Positions 60,918 through 64,000 of a stretch of DNA of 64,000 nucleotides are shown piece after piece; the stretch's first letter is position 1; each line of letters begins with the position of its first letter. Made by a program: the position numbers and the translations under genes. Below the pieces are notes generated by a model. That model did no database searches. It was not told where the DNA came from and saw only the letters and a program-made list of their open reading frames with translations. Location of the stretch: the NCBI GenBank assembly GCA_040766985.1, contig JAXGPL010000002.1, forward strand, positions 98,847 to 162,846, read 5' to 3'. This DNA comes from Bacillota bacterium. Lineage in GTDB: Bacteria; Bacillota; Sulfobacillia; JAUYEG01.

Positions 60918-61119
60918 AAGCGTGATGGAGGGGTATGGGGAGAGCAAGCCCGCCCTATCGCAAGTCGAACTGCCCGACGGCGGCGGCTTGCTGCTCATCG
61001 ACAGCTCTTCCGGTCGCGACCGGATCTGGCGCGTCCTGAGTACAAACCCCTTCGACTACCTGAGGCCCGAACTCGCTCCCGGCCAAGCTTGGGCGGCCCG
61101 CGACGGCAAGAGGGCCTGA
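60889..61119 (+). CDS. ylzJ: YlzJ-like small protein
   Basis: 76 aa. [12 protein letters not shown]...[19 protein letters not shown] pattern. Overlaps the tepA end, as is typical of this pair. Confidence 0.6.
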   Translation: MLLWTPLPIESVMEGYGESKPALSQVELPDGGGLLLIDSSSGRDRIWRVLSTNPFDYLRPELAPGQAWAARDGKRA

Positions 61120-62510
61120 ATCGCCAGCGCTGCCTTCAGCCGTTCCTTCATCAGGGCGCAGCCCAGCGGGTAGGGGCAAAGAATGTCGCCGCCCCACTTG
61201 AGCGCGGCGTAATGGCAGCCCCCGCCGCAGTGCAACTGCGCCCAGCAGTCCCTGCAGGCGGGCTTGTTGCCCACGTGGGCTGAGGTCAGGCTGCGCACCC
61301 GGTATACGCCAGCGCGGGCGGAGCCGCCGATGCCGCGCCGCCGTCTGCAGCTGCACGGCCAGGCGTCAGCCGGCCCAACTCGTATCCCTCGACGCCGTCA
61401 ATTGATGGCACGGGTATACGGCCCCGGAGGGTTCACACATGCGTACCCGCCGCCGGCAGCGCACCCGGTGAACCGTTTTGGCGCGCAGGCGGGGCTCTCC
61501 GTGTTCAGCTCAAGTGGAAAAAGCGCACCCGTCCGTCCAGTACCAGCTCTGCGATTCGTTCGTAAGACTCGGCGATGGGACCGAGATCCTCCGCCCTGAT
61601 CGCGTGCCGGGTCGAGGGCATCGCAACGGGTTCCATCGAAACCTGTCCAAAGCCGCTCGCCGCCAGAAATTCCACGTCACGCCAAAAATCGAGGTTGTCC
61701 TGCCGTGACGTCCCGCGGATCCAGAGCGGCCCCGAGTCGATGGGTAGGTCGGGGTGCAGGGACGTAGCGCGCGAACCGGGCACGGCGCCGTCGCGCTTTG
61801 CCCTCTGTTCGAGTGCCCGCGCCAGTAGCTTTGCGCCGGCGAACGCCCGCTCGAAGCTCGGCCCTCCCGTACGGGTCCGGCGGTGGCGGTCGTGACTTCC
61901 GGGCGCCCGTCGATGGAAACGATCAGCGTCGACATGTTCCCGGCGCAGAACGCCGCCCGCTCTTCGTCCAGGCCGACTCCGTTCGTAGTCAGCGTGAAGC
62001 GGATCTCCCTGCCCGTCGCCGCCGCGCGCTCACGGCCGTAGCGGACCGCCTCGGTTACCGCCGGCCACGCCAGGAGCGGCTCACCCCCAGAAGTCGACGC
62101 TGAGCGACCTGCCGGCCGGGGAGTTGGCCATCAGGTAGTCGATGGCCGCGCAGGCCGCTTGCGGCCTCATGATCGATGCGCCAGGGGAGCCGTAGCAGCC
62201 GCGGCCGGCAAAACAGTAGTCGCACGCCAGGTCGCATGCATGGGCGACGTTCAGGCATAGCGATGAAGTCCCTGCACGGGCAGCGTGCCGCTGGGGTACT
62301 GGGGCCGGCGGAACAGCCCCGCAGCCGCTAGTTCGTTCAAGCCTTGCGCGGCTCGGACGCGCCGGGCGCGTCGGGCGCCGCCAGGAACTGTTTCCAGGAA
62401 TGGTAGGCGCCCTCGCCAAGGCTCACGAGGGCGCCGCTCGAACCGTCGTAAAGCAAGTTGCGATCAAGGGTCCGGAAAACCCGGACCAGGCCGCAGTAGG
62501 GGGCCGCCAC
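61056..62510 (-). pseudogene. scfB: SCIFF radical SAM/SPASM maturase (ScfB, ranthipeptide thioether-forming enzyme), at least 8 frameshifts
   Basis: The minus strand, straight after the scfA stop, reads VAAPYCGLVRVFRTLDRNLLYDGSSGALVSL / LNELAAAGLF / LCLNVAHACDLACDYCFAGRG (CX3CX2C) ..AIDYLMANS..SVDFWG / GEPLL..IRFTLTTNG / LIVSIDGRPEV / NLDFWRDVEFLAASGFGQVSMEPV..FFH / GCAAGGGY / CRDCWAQLHCGGGCHYAA..CALMKERL (SPASM). Confidence 0.85.
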
Positions 62511-62687
62511 CTAAGCCGGTCGATCGCCGGTCGCCGTGCAAGGCTGGTTGCCTACCGTGCACGACGTCTTGCAGGCCGATTGGCAGGAAGCGGAACATGC
62601 CGAGCAGTCCGCCGCTGGAGGAACAACTGCGGCGATCGGGCGGAGGACGATCTCGAACGCAGGGCTATTGGCCTGCTTATCACTCAC
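62511..62687 (-). CDS. scfA: Six-cysteine SCIFF ranthipeptide precursor (ScfA)
   Basis: The C-terminal CSACSASCQSACKTSCTVGNQPC contains the hallmark SCQSACKTSCTVGNQ string and six Cys. GAGGTG lies 6 nt before GTG at 62687. The track start (GTG 62696) lies inside that Shine-Dalgarno. Confidence 0.85.
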   Translation of the reverse strand: MSDKQANSPAFEIVLRPIAAVVPPAADCSACSASCQSACKTSCTVGNQPCTATGDRPA

Positions 62688-62720
62688 GGATCTCACCTCT
62701 TCATGGGATGCACAGTCATC

Positions 62721-62749
62721 ACTATACTCAATGCCGCCGGGCCAGGCAA
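62721..62749 (-). promoter_or_regulatory. Putative sigma-A promoter of scfA-scfB
   Basis: The minus strand reads TTGCCT-17 nt-TATAGT, about 25 nt upstream of the scfA Shine-Dalgarno. Confidence 0.5.
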
Positions 62750-62783
62750 CCGCGCAAGCGTCCGCCCCGCGCCCCGCGCCATA

Positions 62784-64000
62784 TCAGCCTGCCGCTGCCG
62801 CAAGCATACCCGGCAGGATGGCGTATACGGCCGCAGCCTTGACCATTCCGGGGATATCCACCTGGTCCTCCACCGTATGCGCGAACCTCTCCCGGCCCGG
62901 GCCGAAACCGATGGTCGGGATGCCCAGGCGACCCATCGTCATGACCCCGTCGGTTGAGAACTCCCACTTGCCGATGACCGGTTCCGATCCCGTTATCAGC
63001 CTGACAGCGGAGGAAAGGGCGGTCACGAAGCAGTGCTCGGCAGGCACCTCCCAGGCGGGATACTCCTTCGGAGCGCTCTTGCGGAGGCCAGTGTAACTCG
63101 GCTGGCTGTACTCCACGAGCCGCACGTCCGGGGCCTTGGCGCCCGCGCCGCCGGCAGTTGCGATCAACAGCCTGGTGAGGTCCGAAGCCGCGTCGCCCGG
63201 AAGGGTCCGCCAGTCGACCACGGCTGAGCAGCGTTCGGGCACGACGTTGGGCGAGCCCGAGGCGGCGTGGATCCGGGTCACCGCCACGCTGGCAGGCCCG
63301 AGAAAGGCGTGTCTTGGGAGGTCGGCCCCAAGGGCTTCGATGGCCTTTGCCCACGCCGCCATGTCGTAGATGGCGTTGTGGCCCCGCCACGGAGACGAGC
63401 CGTGGCAGGCCGTGCCGAGGGTTTCGATGCCGAACTCGCAGCGCCCGCGGTGCCCGCGCGCAATCCCGAGGTCGGTGCACTCGCCGAGGACGACACAATC
63501 TGGCGAAACCTCGCCCGAGCCGATGGCGTCGCCGATCGCCCAGCCTTCGGCTACCTCCTCCTCGACGACACCGACGAGGTCCAGTTGCCAGGCCCCGTCC
63601 TGCGCCAATCCGAGTTCGGACGCGATGCGTAGCCCCGCGATCATCGCAGCCAGAGCTCCCTTGTTGTCGCAAGCGCCTCTGCCGAAGACCCGGCCGTCCT
63701 CAACCTTGCCCTTGAACGGGTCGAACGACCAGACCGCGGCGTCTCCGGGGCCGACCGTGTCCATATGGGCATCGTAAACGACCCGGAACGGCCCGCCGCC
63801 GAGGGTGGCGATCACGCTGCCGCAGCGGTCGCGCCGCGCCGGAATGCCCAGGGACCGGCACTCGGAAATGACGCGGTCGGCAAGCTTGCCCTCGTTGCAG
63901 CTGACGCTGGGAATGGCGATCAAATCCCGCAACAGGCCGACCACATACGACTCGTATTCGCGGGCCTTGTCAAGGCATGCCCGGGCTGCGCCGTCAACGC
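62784..64000 (-). CDS. M20 family metallohydrolase, YgeY-like (5' end outside the window)
   Basis: LLRDLIAIPSVS, DAHMDTVGPGD, FGRGACDNKG, RGHRGRCEF, CHGSSPWRGHNAIYDMA, SQPSYTGL, KWEFSTDGVMTMGRLGIPTIGFGPG. The frame stays open upstream of GTG 63944 to the window edge. Confidence 0.8.
   Translation of the reverse strand, partial: VDGAARACLDKAREYESYVVGLLRDLIAIPSVSCNEGKLADRVISECRSLGIPARRDRCGSVIATLGGGPFRVVYDAHMDTVGPGDAAVWSFDPFKGKVEDGRVFGRGACDNKGALAAMIAGLRIASELGLAQDGAWQLDLVGVVEEEVAEGWAIGDAIGSGEVSPDCVVLGECTDLGIARGHRGRCEFGIETLGTACHGSSPWRGHNAIYDMAAWAKAIEALGADLPRHAFLGPASVAVTRIHAASGSPNVVPERCSAVVDWRTLPGDAASDLTRLLIATAGGAGAKAPDVRLVEYSQPSYTGLRKSAPKEYPAWEVPAEHCFVTALSSAVRLITGSEPVIGKWEFSTDGVMTMGRLGIPTIGFGPGRERFAHTVEDQVDIPGMVKAAAVYAILPGMLAAAAG

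Noticed and set aside
60955-61935. Several minus- and plus-strand ORFs of 60-140 aa in this interval, listed as separate proteins
   Set aside because: The minus-strand ones are frame fragments of scfB. The plus-strand ones (61089-61283, 61264-61599, 61575-61895) are antisense shadow ORFs.
1-64000. Programmed ribosomal frameshifting or transcriptional slippage as the explanation for the frame breaks
   Set aside because: There are too many events (dozens) and they cluster in arbitrary patches. They occur in genes that are never recoded in other bacteria, and they lack slippery heptamers with downstream structures.

Overview
This 64 kb window is very GC-rich core chromosome from an endospore-forming Bacillota (Firmicutes)-type genome. 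Nearly all genes are on the + strand and follow the classic Bacillus/Clostridium order:

- smc-ftsY-ffh-rpsP-khpA-ylqD-rimM-trmD-rplS-lepB-rbgA-rnhB
- a minus-strand alpha/beta SASP gene, then yraN-comM
- a variable block: an orphan family-5 solute-binding lipoprotein, a GlmL-like gene with a partner gene of unknown function, and a heterodimeric ABC exporter pair
- dprA-topA-trmFO-xerC-hslV-hslU-codY
- rpsB-tsf-pyrH-frr-uppS-cdsA-dxr-rseP-ispG-proS
- rimP-nusA-ylxR-infB-ylxP-rbfA-nrnA-truB-ribF-rpsO-pnp
- nfo, a SpoIID-domain protein and an M16 peptidase
- dpaA-dpaB-asd-dapG-dapA-rnj-tepA-ylzJ
- on the minus strand at the right end: a YgeY-like M20 hydrolase (5' end outside the window) and a SCIFF/ranthipeptide pair, a six-cysteine precursor scfA with its radical-SAM/SPASM maturase scfB

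Many neighbouring genes overlap by 1-4 nt (ATGA/GTGA type), which suggests translational coupling. I found no rRNA, tRNA, CRISPR array or mobile element.

Two points stand out.

1. The SCIFF locus has a divergent leader and a first Cys pair that departs from the canonical motif.
2. There are many 1-nt indels. They fall in discrete clusters and break clearly essential genes (rplS, rpsB, nusA, infB, uppS, asd/dapG/dapA and others), while long neighbouring genes (ffh, topA, hslU, proS, pnp, rnj) stay intact. Most indels I could resolve by eye sit in short homopolymer runs, so patchy assembly or polishing error is more likely than real pseudogenisation. I label these genes 'pseudogene' only in the sense that the reading frame is interrupted as given.

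Promoter, terminator and leader calls come from pattern reading by eye and carry lower confidence. The lineage guess (a Symbiobacterium/Thermaerobacter/Limnochordia-like high-GC sporeformer) is inference only.
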